Shown here piece after piece: positions 28,771-38,280 of a DNA stretch of 64,000 nucleotides. The DNA comes from an uncultured Chthonomonadaceae bacterium (GTDB lineage: Bacteria; Armatimonadota; Chthonomonadetes; Chthonomonadales; Chthonomonadaceae): positions 320,001-384,000 of the forward strand of contig CAWIEK010000044.1 in assembly GCA_963835065.1 (NCBI GenBank), in the 5' to 3' direction. A program made the position numbers and the translations under genes. The notes under the pieces were generated by a model. It ran no database searches, had not been told where the DNA came from, and saw nothing but the letters and a program-made list of their open reading frames with translations. Numbering within the stretch: position 1 is the stretch's first letter; each line of letters begins with the position of its first letter.

Positions 28771-29919
28771 GTGGACGAACGAGGCAATGTGCGCGTCGGG
28801 ATTATTGGGCCAAGTTGGTGGGTGAATTTCTGGCATCTGCCCGCCATTCAAAATCACCCCCATGCGGAAGTTTACGCGGTTTGCGGCGAAAAAGCGCGCG
28901 ACGAGGCGGAAGTCAAGGCAAAATATGGCTCCAATGCGCGCTTCTTTACGGATCGGGAACAGATGCTGGCGGAAGTGCCGCTTGACGGTGTGATTGTTTG
29001 TACGCCCAACGATTTGCACCATCCGGCAACCATGTCGGTTCTCAGCCACAACCTGCATGTCACCTGCGAAAAACCGCTTGCCATGAATCAGGAACAGGCG
29101 CGGGAAATGGCGGAAACCGCCCGGCAGCGCCATCTCATCGGCATGACCAATTTCCCCTACCGCGACAATCCGTGCATACAAGCCCTGCGCCGCGTGATCG
29201 CCGAAGGTTATGTCGGCACGATATTCCACGTTGCCGGCCAGTATCATGGCGGGTTTGGCCTGACGCGCTCCCCCAACTGGCGCGGCCTGCGCGAACGGAG
29301 CGGGGCGGGCATTCTGGGCGATTTAGGCTCCCACTTAATAGATTTGGTTCGCTTCACAACCGGGGATGAATTCGCGTCCGTGTGCGCCCATTCCCTGTCT
29401 GTGCTGCGAAACCACGATACGGGCGCGTTTGAAGGGCTGGCGCGTACCGAAGACCCGCGCATCCTGCCGCGTAATGACGACAGTATGGCGTTTCTGGCGG
29501 AAATGCAGTCGGGCGCGCAGGCTATTCTGCACACCAGTTGGCTGGCCTATCAGGGCGCGGAAACCCAGCATCAGGAACTCGACATTTACGGCACGGGCGG
29601 GCATCTGCATTTCATTGCCAACCATGCCGGCACGTTCCTGCGCGGCAAGCGCGCGGGTGACAAACATTGGGAAATGATTCCGGCTGAAAACGTGGTCACG
29701 CCCGCAAAACTGCAAGCCGAAGGACTGGAGGAAAACGAAGATTATTTCCGCCCCGGCCGCCTGACCTCTACCAACACCACATATCGCTGGCTCGAAGCCA
29801 TTCGCCAGGGACAAACTACCATTTCTCCCGACCTGACAGACGGCTGGCGCGCGCAGCAGGTGATTGACGCGGTAATCGCGGCGAGCAGGGAGCGGCGGTG
29901 GTTGGTGGTTGAGAGTTGA
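28771..29919 (+). CDS. Gfo/Idh/MocA oxidoreductase
   Basis: CEKPLA, GAGILGDLGSHLID. Confidence 0.9.
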   Translation: MDERGNVRVGIIGPSWWVNFWHLPAIQNHPHAEVYAVCGEKARDEAEVKAKYGSNARFFTDREQMLAEVPLDGVIVCTPNDLHHPATMSVLSHNLHVTCEKPLAMNQEQAREMAETARQRHLIGMTNFPYRDNPCIQALRRVIAEGYVGTIFHVAGQYHGGFGLTRSPNWRGLRERSGAGILGDLGSHLIDLVRFTTGDEFASVCAHSLSVLRNHDTGAFEGLARTEDPRILPRNDDSMAFLAEMQSGAQAILHTSWLAYQGAETQHQELDIYGTGGHLHFIANHAGTFLRGKRAGDKHWEMIPAENVVTPAKLQAEGLEENEDYFRPGRLTSTNTTYRWLEAIRQGQTTISPDLTDGWRAQQVIDAVIAASRERRWLVVES

Positions 29920-29924
29920 GGGTT

Positions 29925-30400
29925 GAGGGTTGAGGGGGCAGGCGATCCAGGGCGGCTTCCACGCTGACGGCATCGGCTTCCTGATTGTTTTTCACCGTCG
30001 CGGTCAGCAGGTCGTGAACGGCGGCCAGGATGCGAATGTGCATTCCCAATCGCTTCCATTCGGACACGGGAACATGCTCCGTATCATCCATGACAAGGCG
30101 GCACACTTCAAAGCCGCTCATATCGGGCAGTTTTACATCCAGCAAAATCAGGGCGGGGCGATTTTGCGCCATGCGCAAGGCATCCGCGCCCGTTATCGCT
30201 TCCTCCACGATGTACCCGGCTTTTTGCAGCGTTCGCGTGACGGCGTAGCGGTTGGCATCGTCATCATCCACGTTGAGAAGCGTAAGAGCGCGGTTAGGCA
30301 TGATTTGCCTTAATTCGCGCCAAATCCAGCAGGTCGCTGACCAGTTCGGCCAGTGTTGCGCCCGATGAGCGGGTGAACCTCCCCACCGACAAGCGGATGG
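29925..30400 (-). pseudogene. collapsed two-component remnant (HisKA fragment, then half REC domain fused to a HisKA_2-like fragment)
   Basis: LAELVSDLLDLARIK, followed by LNVDDDDANRY..ILLDVKLPDMSGFEVCR joined directly to KRLGMHIRILAAVHDLLT; no HATPase domain. Confidence 0.65.
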
Positions 30401-30524
30401 GGTTTTCTGGCCTTGTCTCTATAAAATCGTCCGTTCGCAAGGAAAGATGCAATCGTACCACAAGCGGGCGGCAAACGCCAACGGTTTTCAGGAACGATGT
30501 CACAGGTGGGTAGGGCGTTCGCGG

Positions 30525-31145
30525 TTAGCGGTTAGCGGGCTTGATAGCCGAGGGCGAGACGGCAAAGAAAATAGCCAGAACCGCGCACAGGCCGATGCTG
30601 GCAGCCGCGCTGACAAAGGCCAGCAGGAATGCGGCAACATAGAATATCGGGCCGAACCGGTACTGTTTGGAAATGCCTTCCGCGATGCGCGGGTCGTGGT
30701 TGTGGGCGAGCAGGCGGTTATTCGTGGACGCATACTTCCATACGGCGCTGAAGCAGACCGCCATCACAATGTTCAGCCCCGTATAAAGATGCACGGCGGT
30801 TGCCGCGTCCCGATGCCGGATAAATTCGGCCATCAGTTCGGTGGGAAAGGGGACCAGCGTCATGGTCATCAGCAGCAGGCCATTGAGCAGTAAAAAGCGG
30901 TCATCGCTGCGCTTGATAACCGTGAACAGCCGATGATGATTGATCCACATAATGAGGATGGTCAGGAAACTGATGGTAAACGCCAGGTACATCGGCCACT
31001 GGTACAGCAGTTTTTGCGCCAGCGTGTCGCGGCCCAGGTCGGCGATATGCGGCACTTTGATTTCCAACACGAGCAGCGTAATGGCAATGGCAAACACGCC
31101 ATCGCTGAACGCCTCAATCCGCCCCGTTTCTTTCTCCTCATTCAT
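30525..31145 (-). CDS. TMEM175-family potassium channel
   Basis: RIEAFSDGVFAIAITLLVLEI signature, WINHH. Confidence 0.92.
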   Translation of the reverse strand: MNEEKETGRIEAFSDGVFAIAITLLVLEIKVPHIADLGRDTLAQKLLYQWPMYLAFTISFLTILIMWINHHRLFTVIKRSDDRFLLLNGLLLMTMTLVPFPTELMAEFIRHRDAATAVHLYTGLNIVMAVCFSAVWKYASTNNRLLAHNHDPRIAEGISKQYRFGPIFYVAAFLLAFVSAAASIGLCAVLAIFFAVSPSAIKPANR

Positions 31146-31255
31146 AGCCGCTCATCTGCCTGACTTTCGTTGCCCTTGTCAGCATCCGTAAAATCGTCTT
31201 CCGCCAGTTTGCGGTTGATAATCGCCTCTTGATCGGGCGTGAGCGTGATGGTCAT
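31142..31255 (-). pseudogene. truncated ParD-like (RHH) antitoxin fragment
   Basis: MTITLTPDQEAIINRKLA resembles the ParD N-terminus; only 37 aa, coupled to both neighbours. Confidence 0.4.
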
Positions 31256-31866
31256 GTCGTTCCGCTTTCTTCCCGTTCTGTTGTCTGTACGGCAAACGGA
31301 ACGCGGGCATATACGTCGGCAAGGCGCAGCCGACAGCCGATGGAAGGCAATTCCACCGTCGCCTCCAGGCTGTTCGCGACGTCTAAACGCCAGGAACCGT
31401 CTTTCTGCGGCGTCCATAGATCAATATGTGGCATATCCTGCGAAATAAGAACATAGGATTGCAGGGATGGCAGGGTACGGTAACAGTCTCGCTTTTCGCG
31501 CCGGTCACTGCGCTCTGTGGAGTCGGAGAGGATTTCTACAACCAGCGTGGGATTGAGCAGCGCGCGCAGGCCGGCGATTTCTTCATATTGCGGTTCGCCA
31601 CACACTACGGATTTATCGGGGTAGTAGTATTTGTTACAGGCCGGGACGTAAACGCGCAGATCATTATCAAATCCCTGACAACGTGACCCTTTTACCTGTA
31701 TGCCGATTTCCAGGCCGACATTGAAACCAATGCTGCTATGCGCCGGGGTCGCGCCCGACATGGCGACAATCACGCCATCGTGGTACTCGTGCCGCATTTC
31801 CTGCGTGTGTTCCCACTCCAGATATTCCTGTCGCGCCATGTACGGCGTCTGTCTTGCAGCAACCAT
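31252..31866 (-). CDS. Uma2-family putative endonuclease
   Basis: HEYHDGVIVAMSGA, YYYPD, VEILSDSTERSDR. Confidence 0.9.
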   Translation of the reverse strand: MVAARQTPYMARQEYLEWEHTQEMRHEYHDGVIVAMSGATPAHSSIGFNVGLEIGIQVKGSRCQGFDNDLRVYVPACNKYYYPDKSVVCGEPQYEEIAGLRALLNPTLVVEILSDSTERSDRREKRDCYRTLPSLQSYVLISQDMPHIDLWTPQKDGSWRLDVANSLEATVELPSIGCRLRLADVYARVPFAVQTTEREESGTT

Positions 31867-31973
31867 GTTAGCTTTCCTCCCCGTGTGCTTTCCTCAGAAT
31901 TCAAATTGCGAATACCCCACGCTGAAGCAGGGGATATTCGCGCCCTTGCAGCCTTGAAAACAGGAAGCCGCTT

Positions 31974-32819
31974 TCAGGGCCGGGGAGCCGCCATATCCTT
32001 CATAACGGTACTCTGAACGGCTGTACGCGCCTGGGGCGTGACGCCCAAACCTGCCAGCAGGACATGCGCCATGACGCGATTTCCTGTCGGGTTCATGTGG
32101 ACGCCGTCTACCGTTAAGAGGTTTGCCGTGTCGCCGGTCAGGGCGCGATAATCGTGAATCAGCGTTTTCATCGGTTTCTGGTAATCCACAAATGCGCAGT
32201 GATGGACGCGCGCAATGTCGCGCAGGGCGTTGGAATAGCGGGTCAGTCGGGCGTTTTCGGGGCTGTCAAGGTCTTCGTAAATCAGGGTAGGCGACAAAAT
32301 CACCACTTGCGCTTTTATGCCCTGCGCCCGCGTGACCATTTCTTCCACATTGCGCTTGTAATCTTCGAGCGGTACGCCAGCAGGTAAATTGCCTTCGGGA
32401 TAATCGCGGCCATGCGCAAAGTCCCGGAACGCATGCCACACGTCGTTGACGCCCACGCTGATCGTCACCAGATCGGGCGACTTATCCAGCACGTCTCTTT
32501 GATACCGCGCCAGCATGTCATTGGACTTGTGCCCCGAAATGCCCGCATTGATGACCGTGATGTTCTGCTGCGGGTACAGCGCCTGCAAGTAGTGCCGCGT
32601 CAGCCACACATAGCCGCCCGGCCCTTCCCCGCCCTGCGTGATGCTGTCGCCCAAACAGACAATCCGATGCACATTTGCCAGCAGGGGCGGCACGGCTGTA
32701 TTTGCGGCTGCCGCTTGGCCTGTCTCCTGCGTGTTCGCGCGGTTCCGCGTTGTCGCTGTGAACAGCGCTGCCAGTGTCAGGCTGAGAAATACAATTCTGT
32801 GTTTTGTGAATGTCAACAT
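31974..32819 (-). CDS. secreted SGNH/GDSL hydrolase
   Basis: GDSIT, NAGISG, GVND, DGVH; signal peptide. Confidence 0.92.
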   Translation of the reverse strand: MLTFTKHRIVFLSLTLAALFTATTRNRANTQETGQAAAANTAVPPLLANVHRIVCLGDSITQGGEGPGGYVWLTRHYLQALYPQQNITVINAGISGHKSNDMLARYQRDVLDKSPDLVTISVGVNDVWHAFRDFAHGRDYPEGNLPAGVPLEDYKRNVEEMVTRAQGIKAQVVILSPTLIYEDLDSPENARLTRYSNALRDIARVHHCAFVDYQKPMKTLIHDYRALTGDTANLLTVDGVHMNPTGNRVMAHVLLAGLGVTPQARTAVQSTVMKDMAAPRP

Positions 32820-32839
32820 TCTTTTTTCCTTGTTCTGAA

Positions 32840-34969
32840 CTATCGCGCGCGCAGCAACACCGCGCCATGCGGCCCAACTGTTGTTTCGATCCCATCCGCC
32901 TGAACAGGCACATCTCTGCGCTGCCATACATCCCGAACTGTTTTTACCTTTGCCAGCCCAATGTCCGACCAGCGAACGCGAACGGGCATGGAAACGCGCA
33001 GGCGGTTGAACAGGCCGATCACATGCGAGCCGTCCGCCAATTCGCGCGTCCAGATTTCCGTTCCGGCTGTTCCTCCGGGCTGCGGCAGGCGGACGGCCTG
33101 TTTGCCTCCCGCGTCCTGATTGATGGCAAGAACCTCATCGTTGGTGAGGAGGGAAAGCGTCCAGGCGTCGTTGTCGGGCAGGTTCATACCCAACATCAGG
33201 GGCGAAGGAGCCAGCGCCCACAGGGACATCATGGTAATTTGCTCGTCTTTCGTCAGGCGCGTGGTTCGATCCTGCCCGACGCTGCGATTGCCGACCGAAA
33301 GATGGCCGAGCGGAATCATATCGGCGTCCGGCCAATGTCCCGGCCCGCCGTTCCCCTGCCAGCGGGCAATCAGATCGAATTGGTGGCTGACCGCGCTCCA
33401 CTCGTCCCAAAAATCCCCCGATATGCGCCACAGATTGGCCTGCGCTGTCACGTGTTTGGCCTGTTCAACGGGCGTATCCCCCGGCGATAGGCTGAACGCA
33501 ATCGCTCGCCCGCATTTATCTATGGCTTTGCGCACGGCTTCGATTTCCCCGGCGGAATACGGGGCCGACATATCATCCACTTTGATGTAATCCACGCCCC
33601 ATTCGGCATATTGGCGCAGTATGGAATCGTACCACGCCTGCCCCGCCGGTTTACCGGTATCCACGCCGTACATATCGGGACACCAGGGGCAAACGCTTGC
33701 GGTATTGGCGGCATCGGCGGCGTGAAACTCAGTGCCCTGTATGGGCAAATTCTGTTTCACGGCCTGACGCGGAATGCCGCGCATGATGTGGATGCCGAAC
33801 TTCAAGCCCATCTGGTGAATCGTGTCGGCAAGGGGTTTGAAACCTTTGCTTTCAATTGCGGACGGGAAGCGATTGGGCGCGGGTTCCAGCCGCCCGAACG
33901 TATCCATTGTCAGCGCGGCATCTTGGTGCGAATTGGGATCGTTAGGCTTTTTGGCCGCGTCGGGATCGTACCAGCGGTAATCCACAATCACGTACTCCCA
34001 CCCATGCGGCAGCAGATTGTCGCGCATGTAGCGGGCGTTCGCCAGAATTTCCGATTCGATCACGTTGTCGCCAAAACAATCGTAACTGTTCCAGCCCAAG
34101 GGCGGCGTCAGGCATACGGTTTGGCCTGATACGAGTTGTATTTTGCGCGTGTCGGTCCCGATTGCGTTTTTGGCGTTCAGTGTCAGTGTTTGCGTTCCCG
34201 GCTGCGCTATTGTCCCGCGTATCTGCCCCGTTTCCGCATCCAGTTTAAGGCCGACGGGCAATCCTTTTGCCGTATAGCGCATGGGCGGCTGTCCGAACGC
34301 GCTTACGGTGAACAGAACGGGCGTGTTCGGACGCAGGCCGATAATGCCGGGTGACGTGATTTGCGGTTTTGCGGGCAGTGTGGACGGCGCGATGGTTGGA
34401 TTGGAAGGCGCAAGTTTCAGCGTTCGGGGCATTGCGCCTGTCACGGTAAACGCGGCATCCGCCCAATCCGCATGGTCGTACTCGAAGCCATCGCCCCCAT
34501 CCCCAACAAGCAGCGCGAGTTGCCGAACGCCCGTCATATCTACGTCAACATGCCTGGGTTCCTGCCCGCCGCGCATCACGCCACTGCTCCACAGCAGTTT
34601 GCCGTCGCCCACAATCTGAAATTCCGCGCTGCCACGCTTGTTGGTTTCGTCGTCAATGCCGACCCAGGCCGTAAAGCGCGTCGCGCCGCCGTTCAGGTCA
34701 ATCAGCATATCTCCCGGCGAGTGCGTTCCCAATCCATGCTCGAAATGCCGTCCGGCTATGGTAATCGGGTGCATATCCACAGATTTATCTATCTGCGGCT
34801 TACCCCACCCTTGCTCTACAGCGGACAAGTCCAGTGACGCAAGCCGAACCGTTTCCGCCGCCGAAGCAGCGCGCGTCTGCAACGCTCCAAACAACAAAAA
34901 GCTGGACAGCAGCAGCCATTTAAGCGGTTGGCTGCGCCTGTATATGCGTGAATTAGAGAATTTGTTCAT
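32840..34969 (-). CDS. GH27 alpha-galactosidase-like protein with NPCBM and putative Ig domains
   Basis: NPCBM (QGWG..GLGTH..DHADWADA), TPPLGWNSYD, GVDYIKVDD, WRISGDFWD, WPDADM. Confidence 0.9.
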   Translation of the reverse strand: MNKFSNSRIYRRSQPLKWLLLSSFLLFGALQTRAASAAETVRLASLDLSAVEQGWGKPQIDKSVDMHPITIAGRHFEHGLGTHSPGDMLIDLNGGATRFTAWVGIDDETNKRGSAEFQIVGDGKLLWSSGVMRGGQEPRHVDVDMTGVRQLALLVGDGGDGFEYDHADWADAAFTVTGAMPRTLKLAPSNPTIAPSTLPAKPQITSPGIIGLRPNTPVLFTVSAFGQPPMRYTAKGLPVGLKLDAETGQIRGTIAQPGTQTLTLNAKNAIGTDTRKIQLVSGQTVCLTPPLGWNSYDCFGDNVIESEILANARYMRDNLLPHGWEYVIVDYRWYDPDAAKKPNDPNSHQDAALTMDTFGRLEPAPNRFPSAIESKGFKPLADTIHQMGLKFGIHIMRGIPRQAVKQNLPIQGTEFHAADAANTASVCPWCPDMYGVDTGKPAGQAWYDSILRQYAEWGVDYIKVDDMSAPYSAGEIEAVRKAIDKCGRAIAFSLSPGDTPVEQAKHVTAQANLWRISGDFWDEWSAVSHQFDLIARWQGNGGPGHWPDADMIPLGHLSVGNRSVGQDRTTRLTKDEQITMMSLWALAPSPLMLGMNLPDNDAWTLSLLTNDEVLAINQDAGGKQAVRLPQPGGTAGTEIWTRELADGSHVIGLFNRLRVSMPVRVRWSDIGLAKVKTVRDVWQRRDVPVQADGIETTVGPHGAVLLRAR

Positions 34970-34999
34970 GATGAAAGATTGGGCAAAATAGGAGCGTCA

Positions 35000-35116
35000 C
35001 CGGGGATTGAAAATCCCCGGCAGGAAAGGTCAAGCGTCCTGCGGACGCACAATTTAACAACAGCATCGCGTCCGAAGGACGCCTGTTTTGTGTTGCCGGG
35101 GATTTTCAATCCCCGG
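35000..35116. repeat. REP doublet (REPIN-like)
   Basis: ccggggattgaaaatccccggca..gcgtcctgcggacgc mirrored by gcgtccgaaggacgc..tgccggggattttcaatccccgg. Confidence 0.85.
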
Positions 35117-35132
35117 CATGAAAGCGCGTCAT

Positions 35133-36857
35133 TTAGTAAAACCGCCAATCATTCGGGAAATCTCGCTCAATCCCTGCGCCTGTCATCAGCGCGCGCAAAA
35201 TGGCAATGGGCATACAGTTTTCGCGCAGCATTTTGTCGTGGAACTCGCGGTGCGTCATTTGTTCCGTTCCGACGAGTTCCCGGTGCAGGGCGCGGACTTG
35301 CAGGCCGCCGATGAGATACGCGCACTGGTACAGCGCATCGTAGTCGCCGCCGAACGAGCGCCGCACTTCGGCAGTGGCGTTGTCCGGTTCGTGGCCGACA
35401 TCCTGCACCAGCATTTGTACGCACTCCTGCGGCGACATTTGCCCCAGGTGAAAACTCAGGGAAAAGAACACGCGGGCGCAGCGGTGCATCCGCCAGAACA
35501 GCAGGCCGATACGGTCTTCGGGCGTTTGGGCAAATCCTAAATCCCACAGCAGCATTTCCCAGTGCAGCGTCCAGCCTTCCGTCCAGAAGGGCGTATAAAA
35601 GATACGGCGGTACGGGCGAAAACGCTCCTGCGAAAACATTTGCAGATGGTGGCCGGGGATGAGTTCGTGCTGCACGGTGGCGCGGGCAAAGTGGCGGTTG
35701 TTGCCGCGCAGGCTCATGCGTTTTTGCGCGTCCTCCATGTCGTTCGTCGGGAACGAGACGATGATCTCTTCGCCGCCCAAGAAAGAACGGATTGACCTTT
35801 TGCCGTTCGGGTGACATCATTTCCATGCGCCAGCACTCGGCGGCTAACGGGCGGAACGGTCACTAAATCGTTGTCCTGAACATACGCTTCGGCTTCGCGG
35901 GCAAGGGCGCGCGCGAGGGCGGGCTGCTGTCCCGGCGGAACGTGCAGGGTTTTCACATGCTCTATGGCTGCCCGCCAATCCTCGCCAAAACCGAGTTCTT
36001 CCGAAGCGCGGTGCATTTCGCGCAAACACCAGTTCATTTCCTTGCGCCCGATGGTAATCAATTCTTCGGGCGAGTAGGGGATCAGGGCGCGGTTCAGTTC
36101 CTCCCGCAACGCGTCCCGGCCAAGCGGATCGCCGATGATGGCGTCTTCATCCTCCACCCCGGCGATTTCTTTGCGGACGAACGCGCTGAATTCCTCCAAG
36201 CGGGTGTTCAGCGCCCGGTACGGCTTTTCCACCCACCACGTAAACAGGGGATCGTAAGCGTGGTAAAACGCGAACCAGTTTGCCAGCATATCCCGGATGC
36301 CGTCCAGCAGTCCGACGGCGCGATTAGCAACCGTCGGCTTCCAATGGGGCGCATCCTCTTCAAAGTCGGCGGACTTCGCGCTTGTCGTGTCCCTTTATTT
36401 CCGATGTTTCCGACTTGCGCGTTTCCAATTCGGCTTGCAGGCGCTTTTGCGCGTGTTCCAGCGCTTCCGCCGCCTGCGTCAACAGCCGGGCAACGCCGGA
36501 AGGCTCGATGTCTTTTAGTTCGCGGCGGTCATCTTCCAGCGCAAGCAGGGCGGAAGCAAAGGGCAGCAGGGGTTCCATCTCTTCAAACTGCTGCTCCTCC
36601 CGCGCCAGTCGCCAGTTTTCGTGTGCCAGCAGACGTTGGAGCAATACCCAATCGGCCTGATCGTTTCGCGTCAGCGCGTCGAAAGGAAGGGTTTGCAGTG
36701 TCGCCTGCCATTCCGCCAAAAACGCCTGCAATCGGTTCCGGCGGCGCGGCGAACCCGGAGCCGTAAACCGTCGCTGCAGGCAGTTCCAATCCGCTTCAAA
36801 CCGCATCACCAGAGCGGGCATCCGGTCACTATTCGGTTCGGGGAGAATGTCTGTCAT
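35133..36857 (-). CDS. DUF885-family protein (zincin-like HELIPGHH); several frameshifts
   Basis: HELIPGHHLQ, FWTEGWTLHWE, YQCAYLIGGLQ across three ORFs. Confidence 0.82.
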
Positions 36858-36872
36858 AGGTGTTCCATAATT

Positions 36873-37187
36873 TTACGCCTGTTCACATCGGGCGAAGATT
36901 TGCGTGAATTCGCCTTCCATCAATAAATGCGCTACAACCTCATGAATACGCGCTCTGCTTATCTCATCCACCAATACTATGTCACTGTCCCAAAAGTATT
37001 TTCCGTGCAAACACTCCCCTGTGCTTTTGTACTCTTCTACTATGGAGTGGATGTTTGCATAGGTAAAAAAGGCAACCGCCCATCGGCTTCCGTCCTCCAG
37101 CGTGACGATAACATTGGTATTCTCATTAGAAGCGTCCCATTTCCCTTGCCATAATTCGGCTTCAATCCATAACGTGAATGTAGGCAA
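36873..37187 (-). CDS. hypothetical protein (immunity-protein-like small acidic protein)
   Basis: GGGAGG SD, 104-aa ORF with TGECLHGKYFW. Confidence 0.7.
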   Translation of the reverse strand: MPTFTLWIEAELWQGKWDASNENTNVIVTLEDGSRWAVAFFTYANIHSIVEEYKSTGECLHGKYFWDSDIVLVDEISRARIHEVVAHLLMEGEFTQIFARCEQA

Positions 37188-37225
37188 TGTGTACCTCCCA
37201 CTTCATTTCGTACAATGCCCCGTCC

Positions 37226-37652
37226 TCATCCCCGCCCATTCACTGCCCGTACAAGTTGTTCAGGCGGCGTTTCCTGCCCTTCTGTAGCGGCTCGCAACAA
37301 CACGGCTTCTTGTGCCTGCAACGGCTCCGCACTGAAGCGCGTACAAGGCTTTCAGGGGCGGGCAGGTCAGAAGTATTGGCGCGGGTGAGAGGAACAGCAT
37401 TCAAATCTGTGGCTGCTTGTTTCAGGCACATCCTTGTGATATACCCGAACAAAATGTAGCTACTGCACAGTACGATAGTGCCAATGAACCCTAGTATGGA
37501 ATTGCTGTTTGCATCCGAGTGCGGCAAACATTCCGCAGACAATCGCAACTAAACCAGCAACGATACCTCCAACACCGAAAGTTGCTTTCTTGCTTAATAG
37601 CCGCGTATACTCGCCCTTTGCTCACAATCCGCTTCCGTGTCTTCGGCTCCAT
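37226..37652 (-). CDS. membrane protein, tandem paralogue B (frameshifted)
   Basis: MEPKTRKRIVSKG..TM..VPLTRANTSDLPAPESLVRAS..QEAVLLRAATEGQETPPEQLVRA, reconstructed across frames. Confidence 0.65.
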
Positions 37653-37690
37653 TCCTGCGCCTCCTGCCTTTGTCCCTCAATCCTGCCCAT

Positions 37691-38200
37691 TCACCGCGCG
37701 CGTAGCAACTGCTCCTCGTGCCTTTCCTGTCCTTCCATTGTGGCCCGGAGCAACACGGCTTCCTGTACCTGCATTGGTTCCTCTGAAGCGCGTACAAGGC
37801 TTTCCGGGGCGGGTAGGTCAGCGGTGTTGGCGCGAGTGAAGGGAACGCCGGGATCGAGACATGTTGCTTTTTTGAGCAAATCACAGCCAAACGTACTCAG
37901 TTCATAGGTTGACCAACCGAACATGACCAGAAGAAAGGAGTTGAAAAACAGTATACCTATCAACTCGCTGAACGGATCCGTTCCTCTGATTTTAACTACA
38001 TACCGACTCAGCAGGAAGTCGCGTGTAGGAAAGCAAAGGTGATACGCGAGAGCCAGCGTAAGCGTTATTGTCGCTGCTCCGCATAGAACCCCCAAAATGG
38101 CGTATCCCACTCCATAGACAGATGTTGTCGCGCGGCTCGTTTGAAGGCGAACATACTCCCCTTTGCTTACAAAGCGCCTGCCCGTCGTTTTTGGTTCCAT
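37691..38200 (-). CDS. membrane protein, tandem paralogue A
   Basis: MEPKTTGRRFVSKGEY..two TM segments..VPFTRANTADLPAPESLVRAS..EAVLLRA..EQLLRAR. Confidence 0.75.
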   Translation of the reverse strand: MEPKTTGRRFVSKGEYVRLQTSRATTSVYGVGYAILGVLCGAATITLTLALAYHLCFPTRDFLLSRYVVKIRGTDPFSELIGILFFNSFLLVMFGWSTYELSTFGCDLLKKATCLDPGVPFTRANTADLPAPESLVRASEEPMQVQEAVLLRATMEGQERHEEQLLRAR

Positions 38201-38214
38201 CCCTTCGCCTCCTG

Positions 38215-38248
38215 TCCCGGCTGCGTACCAATTGGTACGCAGCCGGGA
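38215..38248. repeat. perfect 34-bp palindrome
   Basis: tcccggctgcgtaccaa|ttggtacgcagccggga. Confidence 0.9.
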
Positions 38249-38280
38249 GGGGTAGATTACAGCGACCCTTTTACCGGTTA

